DNA of 64,000 nt from Candidatus Bathyarchaeia archaeon (lineage in GTDB: Archaea; Thermoproteota; Bathyarchaeia; Bathyarchaeales; Bathycorpusculaceae). Every line of letters begins with the position of its first letter. The first letter of the stretch is position 1. This document shows, one piece after another, positions 10,256-20,708 of the stretch. The notes below the pieces were generated by a model. The model had not been told where the DNA came from. It did no database searches and saw only the letters and a program-made list of their open reading frames with translations. The stretch spans positions 32,001-96,000 of the forward strand of contig JBEKTQ010000006.1 in assembly GCA_049515895.1 (NCBI GenBank). The letters are read 5' to 3'. The translations under genes and the position numbers were made by a program.

Positions 10256-11803
10256 ATGACGTTTGCTCTTCTGGCAGTATTTGCAATTCCAACTCTAAGC
10301 ATACCATTTGTATACTTCACTGGAAAGAAATCCCCTAAAGCGGCAGCGATCTTCATCGCTTTAATTGCCCTAGTTAACATAATGTTACTCTTGACAACCG
10401 TTCCAACGATTCTAAACAGTTCAAGTCACCAGTACGTTGAACCCTACACGTGGATTTCTGTAATTTCAACGTCATTCTCACTTTTCGCGGATGGCATAAG
10501 CGTTTCAATAGCCATAGTAAGCCTCATTCTTATTCTCGTCGCGGCTGTGTTCTCAATCTCTTACATGGCTGGAAAAAAGAACTTGCAGGTCTTCTATGCG
10601 TTGCTATGCATGCTTACAGTAGGGTCTGTGGGCGTCTTCCTAACTTCTAACCTTATCCTATTCTACTTCTGCTGGGAACTAATGCTTGTCCCCGCGTACT
10701 TCATAGTGGGCGAATGGGGTTACAAAGACTCATACAAGAAAGCATTCAAATTCTTCATATACACGCATGCAGGCGCCGTCTTCGTGCTCTTAGGCATCGG
10801 AGCAACTTACATAGCGACTGGAACCACGGATATGATAGTGGCTCAACACGCTTTATTGACAGCTAGTCCAGTTCTCATCAAATGGATTCTCATTGCCTTA
10901 ACCATAGGATTCGCCGTCAAAATGGCTGTTATACCGGTCCACATGTGGCTGCCCGATGTTTACTCAGAAGCTCCAGCACCAATGTCAGCGCTATTAGGCG
11001 GTGTTATGATAAGTGCAGGAGCTTACGCAATGCTTAGACTTTCACTTGGAATGGTTTTTCCAGCAGTCGGATTAACATTTGGAACCAATTTTCTGCATGC
11101 GCTAGCCATTGTCGGCGTACTTTCCGCCTTCTTTGGGTCACTCGTATCGTTAGTTTCAACAGACATTAAACGGCTTATTGCCTACTCAAGTATCGCCCAT
11201 ATGGGTTACATAATGTTCGGGCTTTCACTCTTCCCTGCAAACGCCGCCGCTGGAGTAGCTGTACTTCTGGCCTCATCCATCGCGATAACCGGAACTGTCC
11301 TTCACATTATCAGTCATGCACTAAGCAAAGGCCTCCTCTTCCTCACCGCAGGAGGAGTCATGAAGAAAACTGAAGAAAGAGACATCCGCAAAATGGGTGG
11401 ATTAGCATCCAAGATGCCGTTCACAGCGGTGTCATCAATAATAGCAGCGTTAAGCATCGGTGGAGCGCCGCCTTTCGCATGCTTCATCAGTGAATTTCTA
11501 ATATTTGTAGGCGCTTTCCAAATAATAAAGGGAGATTCATTTTACATCATACCCACCGCTCTCATGCTTATAGCGACGGTGCTTTCGCTTGCATACGTAC
11601 TCAGATTCACCTCAAACGTTTTCCTTGGTCAATCCAAGGACGAGACAGACAAAATAATCGAAGAGGACAAAGCGAAAAAGAAAACCTTTGAGGTTTCAAA
11701 CTACATGAAAATATCTTTCGCCATCTTGGTGGTTTTAATTGTCCTTGTAGGGATCTACCCGACATTCTTCCTGAACCTAATCCAGACGGTGAGACTTAAC
11801 TGA
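10256..11803 (+). CDS. nuoM: Antiporter-like subunit M (NuoM)
   Basis: WELMLVP, VKMAVIPVHMWLPD and IAYSSIAHMG motifs. Confidence 0.9.
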   Translation: MTFALLAVFAIPTLSIPFVYFTGKKSPKAAAIFIALIALVNIMLLLTTVPTILNSSSHQYVEPYTWISVISTSFSLFADGISVSIAIVSLILILVAAVFSISYMAGKKNLQVFYALLCMLTVGSVGVFLTSNLILFYFCWELMLVPAYFIVGEWGYKDSYKKAFKFFIYTHAGAVFVLLGIGATYIATGTTDMIVAQHALLTASPVLIKWILIALTIGFAVKMAVIPVHMWLPDVYSEAPAPMSALLGGVMISAGAYAMLRLSLGMVFPAVGLTFGTNFLHALAIVGVLSAFFGSLVSLVSTDIKRLIAYSSIAHMGYIMFGLSLFPANAAAGVAVLLASSIAITGTVLHIISHALSKGLLFLTAGGVMKKTEERDIRKMGGLASKMPFTAVSSIIAALSIGGAPPFACFISEFLIFVGAFQIIKGDSFYIIPTALMLIATVLSLAYVLRFTSNVFLGQSKDETDKIIEEDKAKKKTFEVSNYMKISFAILVVLIVLVGIYPTFFLNLIQTVRLN

Positions 11804-11815
11804 AGGTGACTTGCG

Positions 11816-13333
11816 ATGGTTGAAATTATAGATGTCGTATTGCCGATATTCACTTTAGTAATAGCTGCATTGCTGACTATTCCAGTGTTTAGGCTAATAA
11901 GAAAGAGCAATTACCAGACAGCCTTGACCTTAGGCTGGTTCATATCCGTGTTTGCAGTTGCGGGCGCAACAGTGGCTAACTTGGCGCTTAACTATTACAG
12001 TACACCTTCGCCAGGCATTGTTAGTTTAGGCTTAGGTGGCAGTTCCTCAGCGATTTTCTCCAGCGCCTTCTTGGTGGACGCCATATCAATTTTCATGGCA
12101 ATAATCATTGTCGCAATAAGCGCTGTAGTCGTGATTTACACTGTGTTCGCTGTTGACTCTACCGCCCGACCGACGGAACGGTACTTTGCCGTTATGCTAA
12201 TGACGGTTGCGGGCTTGCTGGGCGCTGTCTTGGCAGGCGACCTCTTAACCCTTTTCATTTTCTGGGAAGCCGCAACTGCAGGTGCAGCTTTCTTAATGTT
12301 ATTCAAGAAAAACGTATTTTCCATCAATGCGACACTGAAATATCTAATTGTGGTTATCATTGCGTCGGCTTTCGTGGTCTTTGGGCTTTCCTTAGTTTAT
12401 GTTTTAACTGGAACGCTGAACTACATGGCAGTTGGCCAAGCTTTAACAACTTTAAGCAATAACCACTTGCTGATCATAGCGTTCATCTTTATAGCAGCTG
12501 GCTACGCTATTGAGGCTGCAATTGTGCCTTTTCACTTCTGGCTTCCCGATGCTTACACCGCCGCTCCGGCGTCGTCGGCGGCTTTCCTCTCAGCCCTTGT
12601 TGACCAAGGCAGCTATTACATCCTGATACGAGTACTCTTGTATATTATGGTTCCAAAAGGTCCAAATGCAGTGTTAGACTGGACTGTAATGTTAGCGTTC
12701 ATGGCAGCCTTAGCCATGATTGTCGGCAACTTGTTTGCACTAATACAAACCGATGTAAAACGCTTAATTGCATACATCTGTGTTGCCGACGTAGGCTACA
12801 ACCTGGTAGCCATAACAAGCGTATCTTCACTAGGCATACTTGGCAACCTTTACTTCTTCTTAATCGGCGGCATCACGACAGCCCTCGCTTTCATGACAGT
12901 AGGCATTATAAACAAACATGGATTCAGAAGCATGGATGACTTCTCAGGGCTAGGCAAGAAAATGCCGCTTGTATGTTTAGCCTTGGTGATGGCTGGGCTA
13001 TCATTTGCTGGTGTTCCTCCATTCGGTGGGTTCATAGGTAAATATTTGGTATTCTCCGCCGCAATAGAAGCCAACTTAAGCTGGCTAGCAGTGATAGGTG
13101 TTTTGACAAGTGTCCTTCAAACCGCGTTCTTGTTCAGATTAATCTACGTCATGTACGGAAAGAAAGCCAAAGACGAAACATCCGTAAAAGAATCAAAACG
13201 CATACTCGTCCCAATCTTCATCCTCGCAGGCACACTAATAGTCGTAGGCCTATACCCGCAAATCGTCCTCAGCTTAATCCACCCAGTCGTTAACCAGCTC
13301 AAAACAATAATACCAACACTACCCACAATCTAA
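11816..13333 (+). CDS. nuoN: Antiporter-like subunit N (NuoN)
   Basis: VPFHFWLPDAY, GNLFALIQTDVKRLIAY and GVPPFGGFIGK motifs. Confidence 0.88.
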   Translation: MVEIIDVVLPIFTLVIAALLTIPVFRLIRKSNYQTALTLGWFISVFAVAGATVANLALNYYSTPSPGIVSLGLGGSSSAIFSSAFLVDAISIFMAIIIVAISAVVVIYTVFAVDSTARPTERYFAVMLMTVAGLLGAVLAGDLLTLFIFWEAATAGAAFLMLFKKNVFSINATLKYLIVVIIASAFVVFGLSLVYVLTGTLNYMAVGQALTTLSNNHLLIIAFIFIAAGYAIEAAIVPFHFWLPDAYTAAPASSAAFLSALVDQGSYYILIRVLLYIMVPKGPNAVLDWTVMLAFMAALAMIVGNLFALIQTDVKRLIAYICVADVGYNLVAITSVSSLGILGNLYFFLIGGITTALAFMTVGIINKHGFRSMDDFSGLGKKMPLVCLALVMAGLSFAGVPPFGGFIGKYLVFSAAIEANLSWLAVIGVLTSVLQTAFLFRLIYVMYGKKAKDETSVKESKRILVPIFILAGTLIVVGLYPQIVLSLIHPVVNQLKTIIPTLPTI

Positions 13334-13373
13334 GACAAGCAGTCCCCACAGTTCCAGATGGAATGTTTCTCTA

Positions 13374-14615
13374 TTATTTTCTTATTTGTCCGTTGCCTAA
13401 AACAACGTATTTTGTGGTTGTCAAGTGTTGTACGCTCATGGGTCCCCTTGCGTGAAGTTTCTGGGTGCTGATGCCGATTTCCGCACCTAAACCGAACTGG
13501 TTACCATCGGTGAACCTTGTAGAAGCGTTCCAGTAGACGGCTGCTGAGTCGATTTCGCGTATGAACCGCATGGCTTTATCGAAGTCTGCTGTGAGTATGG
13601 AGTCTGAGTGGTGCGTTCCGTACTTGTTGATGTGCGCTATGGCTTCGTCGAGGTCTTTGACGACTTTTACGCCTATAATGAGGTCTAAGTATTCGGTGTA
13701 CCAGTCCTTCTCAGTTGTCGCTTTCACATCGGGAACGATGATGCGGGTTTCCTCGTCGCCCCTAACTTCCACGCCTTTTTCCCTGAGCGCCGCAATCGCA
13801 ATGGGCAGGTACCTCTTGGCGATTTTGCTGTGGACCAGAAGCTTCTCGGCAGCGTTGCATGTTCCGGGTCTTTGGCATTTTGCGTTTATTACGATGGGTG
13901 TTGCTTTTTCGAGGTCCGCGTCTTCTTCAACATAAACGTGACAGTTGCCCGTTCCCGTTTCAATAACGGGGATACGCGAAGTCTCAACTACCGTTTTTAT
14001 TAATTCTGCGCCGCCTCTGGGAATAAGAACGTCAATGTACTCGCGCATCCGCATCAGCTCCTCAGCCAATTGGCGGTCAGCTGACTTCACCACCTGCACT
14101 GCATCAACAGGCACGCTGGTTCCTAATAGCGCGTCTCTTAGAACCTCGCCTATAGTCACGTTTGAGTTCAGCGCATCTGATCCGCCTCTCAGGATAACGG
14201 CGTTTCCGGACTTAATGCAGATTCCAGCCGCATCGGAAGTCACATCAGGCCGCGACTCGTAAATGATCCCAATAACGCCCAGGGGAACTCGAACCTGGCT
14301 GATTATCAACCCATTGGGTCGTATCCAAGTGTTGATTATTGTGCCGATCGGGTCAGGCAAAGCTGAAACTTCACGAAGACCATTAGCCATGGCTTGAATT
14401 TTACGTTGGTCAAGAGCTAAACGGTCGATCAAAGCGGTTTTGAGCCCTCTATGCACCGCAGCGTCAACATCAGCCAAGTTGGCAGTCAAAATCTTCTCAG
14501 TGTTCGCTTCCAAAGCGTTTGCCATTCTGCAAAGCGCAGTGTTCTTAGCTTCCGATGTAAGCTTAGCCATTTCAACTGAGGCAGCTTTGGCTTTTTTGCA
14601 CAGTTCAATTATCAT
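13374..14615 (-). CDS. proA: Gamma-glutamyl phosphate reductase
   Basis: IYESRP, CNAAE, NASTRFTDG and GISTQKLHARGP motifs. Confidence 0.96.
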   Translation of the reverse strand: MIIELCKKAKAASVEMAKLTSEAKNTALCRMANALEANTEKILTANLADVDAAVHRGLKTALIDRLALDQRKIQAMANGLREVSALPDPIGTIINTWIRPNGLIISQVRVPLGVIGIIYESRPDVTSDAAGICIKSGNAVILRGGSDALNSNVTIGEVLRDALLGTSVPVDAVQVVKSADRQLAEELMRMREYIDVLIPRGGAELIKTVVETSRIPVIETGTGNCHVYVEEDADLEKATPIVINAKCQRPGTCNAAEKLLVHSKIAKRYLPIAIAALREKGVEVRGDEETRIIVPDVKATTEKDWYTEYLDLIIGVKVVKDLDEAIAHINKYGTHHSDSILTADFDKAMRFIREIDSAAVYWNASTRFTDGNQFGLGAEIGISTQKLHARGPMSVQHLTTTKYVVLGNGQIRK

Positions 14616-15739
14616 TTTTCTTCCCCGATCAAATGGATATTTCTATGCTCCACTGCCTCTTTAGGTTTATCTGCCCCAAGCTTCTTTTGTACTTCAGTTA
14701 CCTGACAGCCTTTAATCAGGTTTAAGTCGCCGCTGGAAAAGTTGGGATTTCCTTTGGCGAATTCAACCTTGCACTCATCCCTGATGCTGACAACGTCGCC
14801 AACGTTAAACTGTCCCACCACACGGGTTATGCCCACAGGCAAAAGGCTTGAGCCCTCAAGAATAGCTTTTTTTGCGCCCGCGTTAACGTAGATTTCCCCT
14901 TTGACAGCGGCGCCGTAAGCTATCCAACGTTTAACAGCTGACATTGGGTTCTGAGGTTTGAAGAAGGTGCCCACGTCTTTTCCCGCAAGAATGTCAACTA
15001 TGACATTTTCTCTTCGGCTGTTAGCTATGACCACGGGTATGCCGCATGAAGTTGCGATTTCAGCAGCTTTGATTTTGCTTTGGATGCCGCCTTTGCCCAG
15101 CTTGCTTTTACCGCTGAGTGAACTTTTGAGTTCAGGCGTTATTGCTTCAACCGTTTTAATTAGCTGTGCACCGGGTTCCCGTGGGTGCGCTGTGAATAAG
15201 CCGTCAACGTCTGAGAGTATAATGGTCATATCGGCGCCGATCGCGTTTGCCAGCAAAACTGAGAGGATGTCGTTGTCGCTGAAATTTTCTTTGTAGCCTT
15301 CCTTCTGACGAAGTTCAGCCACTGAGGTTACGTCGTTCTCGTTGATTATCGGGATAACTCCTGTTTTCAGAAGCATGTTAAGCACATTGCACATGTGCAC
15401 ATACGACGCTCTGTTGGAAAGGTCCTCCGCTGTAAGCAGTATTTGCGCAGCCTTCAAACCATTAGCCTTGAAAAGTTCACGGTACTTCGCCATCAGAACA
15501 CTTTGACCCATCGCAGCTGCAGCCTGCTGAAAAACTACATCGTTGGGTTTAGGTGGAATGCCGAGCTCCGCTATTCCTGCAGCCACTGCCCCTGAAGTAA
15601 CAAGAACCACCTTGTCGCCTTGCTTGGTTACAGCTGCAATTTGGCTGGTTAGTTTCTTCATTTCTTCATCGTCAAGGTTTCCTCCGTCGGCCGTTATGCC
15701 GCTAGTTCCAACCTTAACAACTATCAATCTTGAAGGCAT
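14612..15739 (-). CDS. proB: Glutamate 5-kinase with PUA domain
   Basis: VVKVGTS, VTSGAVAAG, INEND and DND motifs; C-terminal PUA (SLLPVGI). True start is probably ATG 15739. Confidence 0.95.
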   Translation of the reverse strand: MPSRLIVVKVGTSGITADGGNLDDEEMKKLTSQIAAVTKQGDKVVLVTSGAVAAGIAELGIPPKPNDVVFQQAAAAMGQSVLMAKYRELFKANGLKAAQILLTAEDLSNRASYVHMCNVLNMLLKTGVIPIINENDVTSVAELRQKEGYKENFSDNDILSVLLANAIGADMTIILSDVDGLFTAHPREPGAQLIKTVEAITPELKSSLSGKSKLGKGGIQSKIKAAEIATSCGIPVVIANSRRENVIVDILAGKDVGTFFKPQNPMSAVKRWIAYGAAVKGEIYVNAGAKKAILEGSSLLPVGITRVVGQFNVGDVVSIRDECKVEFAKGNPNFSSGDLNLIKGCQVTEVQKKLGADKPKEAVEHRNIHLIGEEK

Positions 15740-15911
15740 CAGATAATCCCTTTTAAAGGTTAGAATTGAGATACGCGGCGGTTGCTTAAAAATGCAACCA
15801 AAAAAAACTGAATACTTTTTTGACTGGTTTGTTAAAATTTCTAATTTAATCATACCGTTGCCAAAACGTATTAGAAAAACATATAAGGAAAATGGTCATG
15901 GCTTTTAGAAC

Positions 15912-18146
15912 ATGCTCGTACCCATTCAAGCATTAGTAACATCCAGTGCTAATTCACCATCCCCTCTGGTATTTTGGATTGCTCCATTCGCCGGTGTTAT
16001 CGCCGTGCTCGCTTCACTTTTGCTCATGCGCCATATCGGCAGAATGAGCGCCGGTGGCCCAAAAGCTCAAGAAGTTGGAAATGCAATCCGTGAAGGCGCA
16101 TATGCCTTTTTAAAAAGGCAATACACGACAATCGCTATCATCACGGCAGTAGTATTCGTACTTCTTTGGCTAGCCTTACCAAGTGGACCCTTTAACAAGC
16201 CACCTTATGGTATAGGCACAGCGGCCGCCTTTTTAATCGGAGCAGTTGCTTCGTTGGCTGCTGGCTACATTGCCATGGACAACGCAACCAAAGCAAACGT
16301 CCGCACCGTCGCAGCGGCAAAAGAAGGCGCTGAGAAAGCACTTAAAACAGCTTTTTACGGCGGAGCAACAATGGGTATGGCAGTTGTCGGTTTATCACTT
16401 CTAGGCGTAAGTTTTCTATTCTTGTTATATGGCGGCTACAATGCCATGTTTGGCACGCTGAGTGTTTCCGCCGCTGCAACATTAGGCAGGTCAGCTGCAA
16501 GCGGTATTGTCGGTATGGGTTTTGGTGCCTCATTAATCGCTTTATTCGCCCAGCTTGGAGGCGGAATATACACTAAAGCCGCGGATGTCGGCGCAGACTT
16601 GGTCGGTAAAGTTGAAGCAGGCATACCTGAAGATGACCCACGCAACCCCGCAGTAATCGCCGATAACGTTGGCGACAACGTCGGTGACTCTGCTGGAAGA
16701 GGCGCAGACTTATTTGAATCAGCAACTGGGGAGAACATAGGCGGAATGATTATCGGCGGGTTAATCAGCATCGCGACTGGAAACCTGTTATTTCTGGTTT
16801 TTCCGCTTATTGCTCGAGCTCTAGGAATCTTTGCAACATTAATCGGCATGCCCTTCGTGAAACTCAACGAAGCAGAAGCTAAGCATCCAATGAAAGCTTT
16901 AAGAAAAGGCCTCATGGTAACCACGATAGTCTCGGGCGTTCTATTCCTGTTTGCGACAATTTTCCTCTTAGGCAACGGCGACTTCTCAATGACTTTCTTC
17001 TATCTATACTTCTGCCTGCTCTCAGGCTTAGCTGCAAGCGTGGCAATCGACTACATCACAGACTACTACACAGGAAGTGACCGAGGTCCGGTCGGACGAA
17101 TTGCTAAAGCCAGCCAAACAGGAGCCGCAACAAACATAATCACAGGCTTCGCAGTAGGACTCGAAACAACTGCATTACCCATTGTTTCTCTAGTTATTGC
17201 TCTCGTAACATCCTACTACTTCGGCACACAATTCGCCGTTTCGTGGAACGCTACTCACGCAGCTCATATTACACCCTTTATAGGCGGAATCTATGGAACC
17301 ACACTTGCCACCATGGGTATGCTTGCAGTCATGGGCATGGTTCTAGCCTTAGACGGCTTTGGCCCAATCGCGGATAATGCAGCAGGCATAGCTGAAATGT
17401 CAGGCGAAGGTGGCGCAGAATCAACTATGGAAGCGTTAGACGCAGTTGGAAACACAACAAAAGCCTTAACCAAAGGATTTGCGCTTGGCTCAGCCCTTCT
17501 TGCAGCGCAGTTGCTATTCCAAACATACGCTTCAGAAGTTTCTTCAACAGCAGCTTACGCCGGCAAAACCTTTGTTGTAGACATTTCAAATCCAGCCGTG
17601 CTAATCGCCGGGTTCATCGGGGCGATGCTGCCGTTCTTCTTCTCCTCTCAGGCAATTAGTGCTGTGGGCAAAGCAGCTGCTGAGATGGTGGAAGAAGTCA
17701 GACGGCAATTCAGAGAAATTCCAGGAATCATGGAGGGAACAGGCAAACCTGACTACGGTAAAGCTGTGGACATCAGTACAAAAGCTGCGTTAAAAGGCAT
17801 GGTGCTTCCGGGATTAATCCTTGTGATTGTTCCAATAATCGTAGGTGTCCTTCTGGGGCCTGAAGCTGTAGGGGCATTCGTAATCGGCGCAACCATCTCA
17901 GCTGTTCCTCTAGCGTTGTTCATGAATACTGGCGGTGGAGCATGGGATAATGCAAAGAAATTCATTGAAACCGGCAAATACGGCGGCAAAGGCTCCCCAG
18001 CTCACGCAGCAGCAGTAGTAGGCGACACAGTCGGCGACCCATTAAAAGACACAGCGGGACCAAGCCTTCATGTACTAATAAAACTGCTCAGCACACTTTC
18101 AATCGTGTTCATTCCGCTGTTCATAAACCTGCTACACCTCATATAG
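15912..18146 (+). CDS. hppA: Membrane-bound pyrophosphatase, K+-independent H+-translocating type
   Basis: GGIYTKAADVGADLVGKVE, DNVGDNVGD and GDTVGDPLKD motifs; GNTTKA (Lys) signature marks K+-independence. Confidence 0.95.
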   Translation: MLVPIQALVTSSANSPSPLVFWIAPFAGVIAVLASLLLMRHIGRMSAGGPKAQEVGNAIREGAYAFLKRQYTTIAIITAVVFVLLWLALPSGPFNKPPYGIGTAAAFLIGAVASLAAGYIAMDNATKANVRTVAAAKEGAEKALKTAFYGGATMGMAVVGLSLLGVSFLFLLYGGYNAMFGTLSVSAAATLGRSAASGIVGMGFGASLIALFAQLGGGIYTKAADVGADLVGKVEAGIPEDDPRNPAVIADNVGDNVGDSAGRGADLFESATGENIGGMIIGGLISIATGNLLFLVFPLIARALGIFATLIGMPFVKLNEAEAKHPMKALRKGLMVTTIVSGVLFLFATIFLLGNGDFSMTFFYLYFCLLSGLAASVAIDYITDYYTGSDRGPVGRIAKASQTGAATNIITGFAVGLETTALPIVSLVIALVTSYYFGTQFAVSWNATHAAHITPFIGGIYGTTLATMGMLAVMGMVLALDGFGPIADNAAGIAEMSGEGGAESTMEALDAVGNTTKALTKGFALGSALLAAQLLFQTYASEVSSTAAYAGKTFVVDISNPAVLIAGFIGAMLPFFFSSQAISAVGKAAAEMVEEVRRQFREIPGIMEGTGKPDYGKAVDISTKAALKGMVLPGLILVIVPIIVGVLLGPEAVGAFVIGATISAVPLALFMNTGGGAWDNAKKFIETGKYGGKGSPAHAAAVVGDTVGDPLKDTAGPSLHVLIKLLSTLSIVFIPLFINLLHLI

Positions 18147-18222
18147 GCAAGCAGAAAACTGGGAATATTTTTCCCCAAAAAAAACTTTTTCTTTTTCTGA
18201 ATTCGCACTCGCTAGTTTTTCT

Positions 18223-18585
18223 TCAATGCGGTAGTTTAGCTTGTTCGGGTGCAGACCCTGCAATTTGGAGGCTTTGAGGCAAATCGTCTGTGTAGTTTTG
18301 TTCTTTTATTTTTTCCACCATTTCCATGCCTAAATCAGTCAGGCAAAACAGCTTGTAACGGTTGCGGCCATCCCTCGTAACTTTGACTTCTTCACAGAAA
18401 AGTCCGGCTTCAGTCAGCAACTCGCAGTTCTTTATATCAATCGACGGAAGAGGCGTGCCTAAACTCATATCCAAATAGCAAAGATTCTTGTCTTGGCTAT
18501 CCAACGCCGCTAAAAGATACCTTTTGAAAACCGCTGTTTGACCTCGAATATATTTACACATGAAATCTTCAAACGTTTCAGACAT
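18223..18585 (-). CDS. Hypothetical protein with winged-helix-like C-terminal half
   Basis: LTEAGLF...GRNRYKLFCLTDLG resembles a wHTH wing. Confidence 0.55.
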   Translation of the reverse strand: MSETFEDFMCKYIRGQTAVFKRYLLAALDSQDKNLCYLDMSLGTPLPSIDIKNCELLTEAGLFCEEVKVTRDGRNRYKLFCLTDLGMEMVEKIKEQNYTDDLPQSLQIAGSAPEQAKLPH

Positions 18586-18746
18586 AAAACACACCTAGAA
18601 ACAGTTGACATTTAAAACTAGAGAAGCGAAAGAATTTAAATTTTGCCCAAACATGTTACCCGTTGTCTCCTAGATTCCCTTCAAAGTGTCATAGTGGTAT
18701 GTTTTTATTCCTTCGTGTCGCAATAGCTAAACGAGAAGTGCGGATT

Positions 18747-19832
18747 GTGAAGATCATTGAGAAAAACCTGCGCCAAGGCTTCGTTAAAGTAGTTCCCGAC
18801 TCGCCAGATGACCTATGGCACCTCTACAACGTCATCTACAAAGGCGACGAAGTTTACGCTTACAGTTCAAGAGCCATAAAAAGTGATACGGAGACAAGCC
18901 GACCGAAAAGCGCCGAACGCGTGTCCGCCTTCATGGGAGTTAAAGTAGAATCCGTCAGCTGGGACAAGTTCCTCGGCAGACTGAGGGTCCACGGGCTAAT
19001 CTGTCACGCACCTGACATCATTCCGACTGGAGCCCACCATACCCTGAGCATTTCTTTGGATAAGCCAGTTACAATTGTCAAGACCGAATGGCCTAGTCAC
19101 CTGCTTGACAGACTCGAGAAAGCAAGTCAAACCGAGAAGCCTATGCTCATAATCTCCATAGACGACGAAGGCTTTGCCATAGCGGAAACTAAACAGTACG
19201 GGTACGAAACCCGAGTTGAACAGCGCATGCGACTGCCTGGAAAGCACGAGGCTGACAAACGGGTTGAAGCAACAAAAGCGTATTTCCGTCTTGCAGTAAC
19301 CAGCCTTGACAAGCTTTGGAGCCCAAATCATAATCCAATCGTCATCATCGGCGCTGGCTACGTCAAAACTGACTTCGTGCGATACCTCAATGAAGAAGCT
19401 GCAGAAATGGCCAAGTCCGTCGCTGACATCAAAAGCGTCAACAACGGCGGTACAGCAGGCATCGACGAAGCCCTCCGCAGCGGCGTCCTGTTAAAGGCTT
19501 CTCATCAACTTCGTGTCGTGGAAGAAACGGAAACCATCGAGGAAGTCATGAAGCGGCTTGGGAAAGGTGAAGGTAACGTAACTTACGGGTTGGATTCAGT
19601 GGACAACGCGGTCAAGTTGGGCGCGGTTGAGAAACTTGTAATAGCAGATACAGCAATTCGCGACGCGGACGAGTTGCAGCGGGTGAAGCTAGAGGGACTC
19701 ATGCGGGAAGCGGAGAGACGTCGTGCAAGTGTCACAGTGATCAGCACGGAACATGAAGCAGGCGCGAAACTCTTATCGCTAGGCGGGATCGCGGCGTTGC
19801 TGCGGTTTCCACTTTACCGAGAAACTGCATAG
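18747..19832 (+). CDS. pelA: Pelota (Dom34) ribosome rescue factor
   Basis: DDLWHLYNVI, HHTL, PGK and EHEAGAKLLSLGGIAALLRF motifs; GTG start at 18747 likely. Confidence 0.95.
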   Translation: MKIIEKNLRQGFVKVVPDSPDDLWHLYNVIYKGDEVYAYSSRAIKSDTETSRPKSAERVSAFMGVKVESVSWDKFLGRLRVHGLICHAPDIIPTGAHHTLSISLDKPVTIVKTEWPSHLLDRLEKASQTEKPMLIISIDDEGFAIAETKQYGYETRVEQRMRLPGKHEADKRVEATKAYFRLAVTSLDKLWSPNHNPIVIIGAGYVKTDFVRYLNEEAAEMAKSVADIKSVNNGGTAGIDEALRSGVLLKASHQLRVVEETETIEEVMKRLGKGEGNVTYGLDSVDNAVKLGAVEKLVIADTAIRDADELQRVKLEGLMREAERRRASVTVISTEHEAGAKLLSLGGIAALLRFPLYRETA

Positions 19833-19955
19833 GGACAGGTTTAATCAAGAAACATGAACTAAATTTAGCTTTATTTATAGTCTATATGTTTCATGAAGGT
19901 TTAACCTAAGAGTGTCAAGGTAATACATATTTTTGAAGGTAACGTGAGGGAAAAA

Positions 19956-20096
19956 ATGTTACCGCGAATTCATCGAACCAAGTTTGCTGTGATCTTGATA
20001 TTTTCTATTGCTGTTTTCTTTGGTGCATTGGCTGGGGCATATGCTGGCTGGATTCTAGAAGGACAATTGTACTTGCGCAAAAACGTCAAAATCTGA
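19956..20096 (+). CDS. Small single-TM protein (46 aa), not in ORF track
   Basis: MLPRIHRTKFAVILIFSIAVFFGALAGAYAGWILEG..., preceded by GAGG. Confidence 0.45.
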   Translation: MLPRIHRTKFAVILIFSIAVFFGALAGAYAGWILEGQLYLRKNVKI

Positions 20097-20396
20097 CAAG
20101 GAACTCTAACAGTGACCTCTTGTTTCTAGCCAACTGGCAAAGCGAAACTGACCAGGATGATTTTTCTTTTGAGGTTAACTAGATTTTTAGTTATAATTGA
20201 AAAAGAGGTTCTAGCTATGGTGCTTTCATGGGTTTTACCTCTTTCCGCAGATGTTCGGTCTGCAATAGGGGTTAACCATTTTTTTTGTGTTTAATCATTA
20301 TTCCTCCTCTTCGAAAGGGGTTTTGCCGTCCAAGGCAGACGAGAAGTTGACAGAACCCAAAAGAAAAATGGATTTAAAATAAGGTAAGTAGGTTAC

Positions 20397-20529
20397 TCAC
20401 TTTTTTGTATGCTTCTCTTCACAGTGCTTCTCATAATCTTTCTCAGTGGCATAAACTTTCTTTATCAGTTGGGCATTGATACTTTCCTTCTTTAGTCTTA
20501 ATTGGTTTGGGATGGCTTTTCTTTGACAA
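20397..20529 (-). pseudogene. Frameshifted small C2H2-like zinc finger protein
   Basis: GGGGTGA SD plus TTG; YQCPTDK in one frame continues as KVYATEKDYEKHCEEKH in the +1 frame. Confidence 0.6.
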
Positions 20530-20708
20530 ATAATCACCCCCAAAAAAGAGAGAGATTCAGAGAAGGATTGCCCAAACAGCATTTTATATCTATGCGATTG
20601 TACTAAGCATATAATTTGAGTACCATTGTTTCTGTTTATTTAACGTCACCTACCTAAAAATTAGTTAATTCCTGCCTTTTTGTGAAAAAAAGGCATCTAA
20701 ACATTGCA

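Noticed and set aside
13561-17989. Long antisense ORFs over proA, proB and hppA (and similar ones over nuoL and the MMPL gene)
   Set aside because: Antisense shadows of well-supported genes.
20126-20308. AGGAGG SD plus 8-codon ORF with an A8 tract and a 50-codon -1 frame continuation (minus strand)
   Set aside because: The joined product has no recognisable features, so a frameshift cannot be supported.
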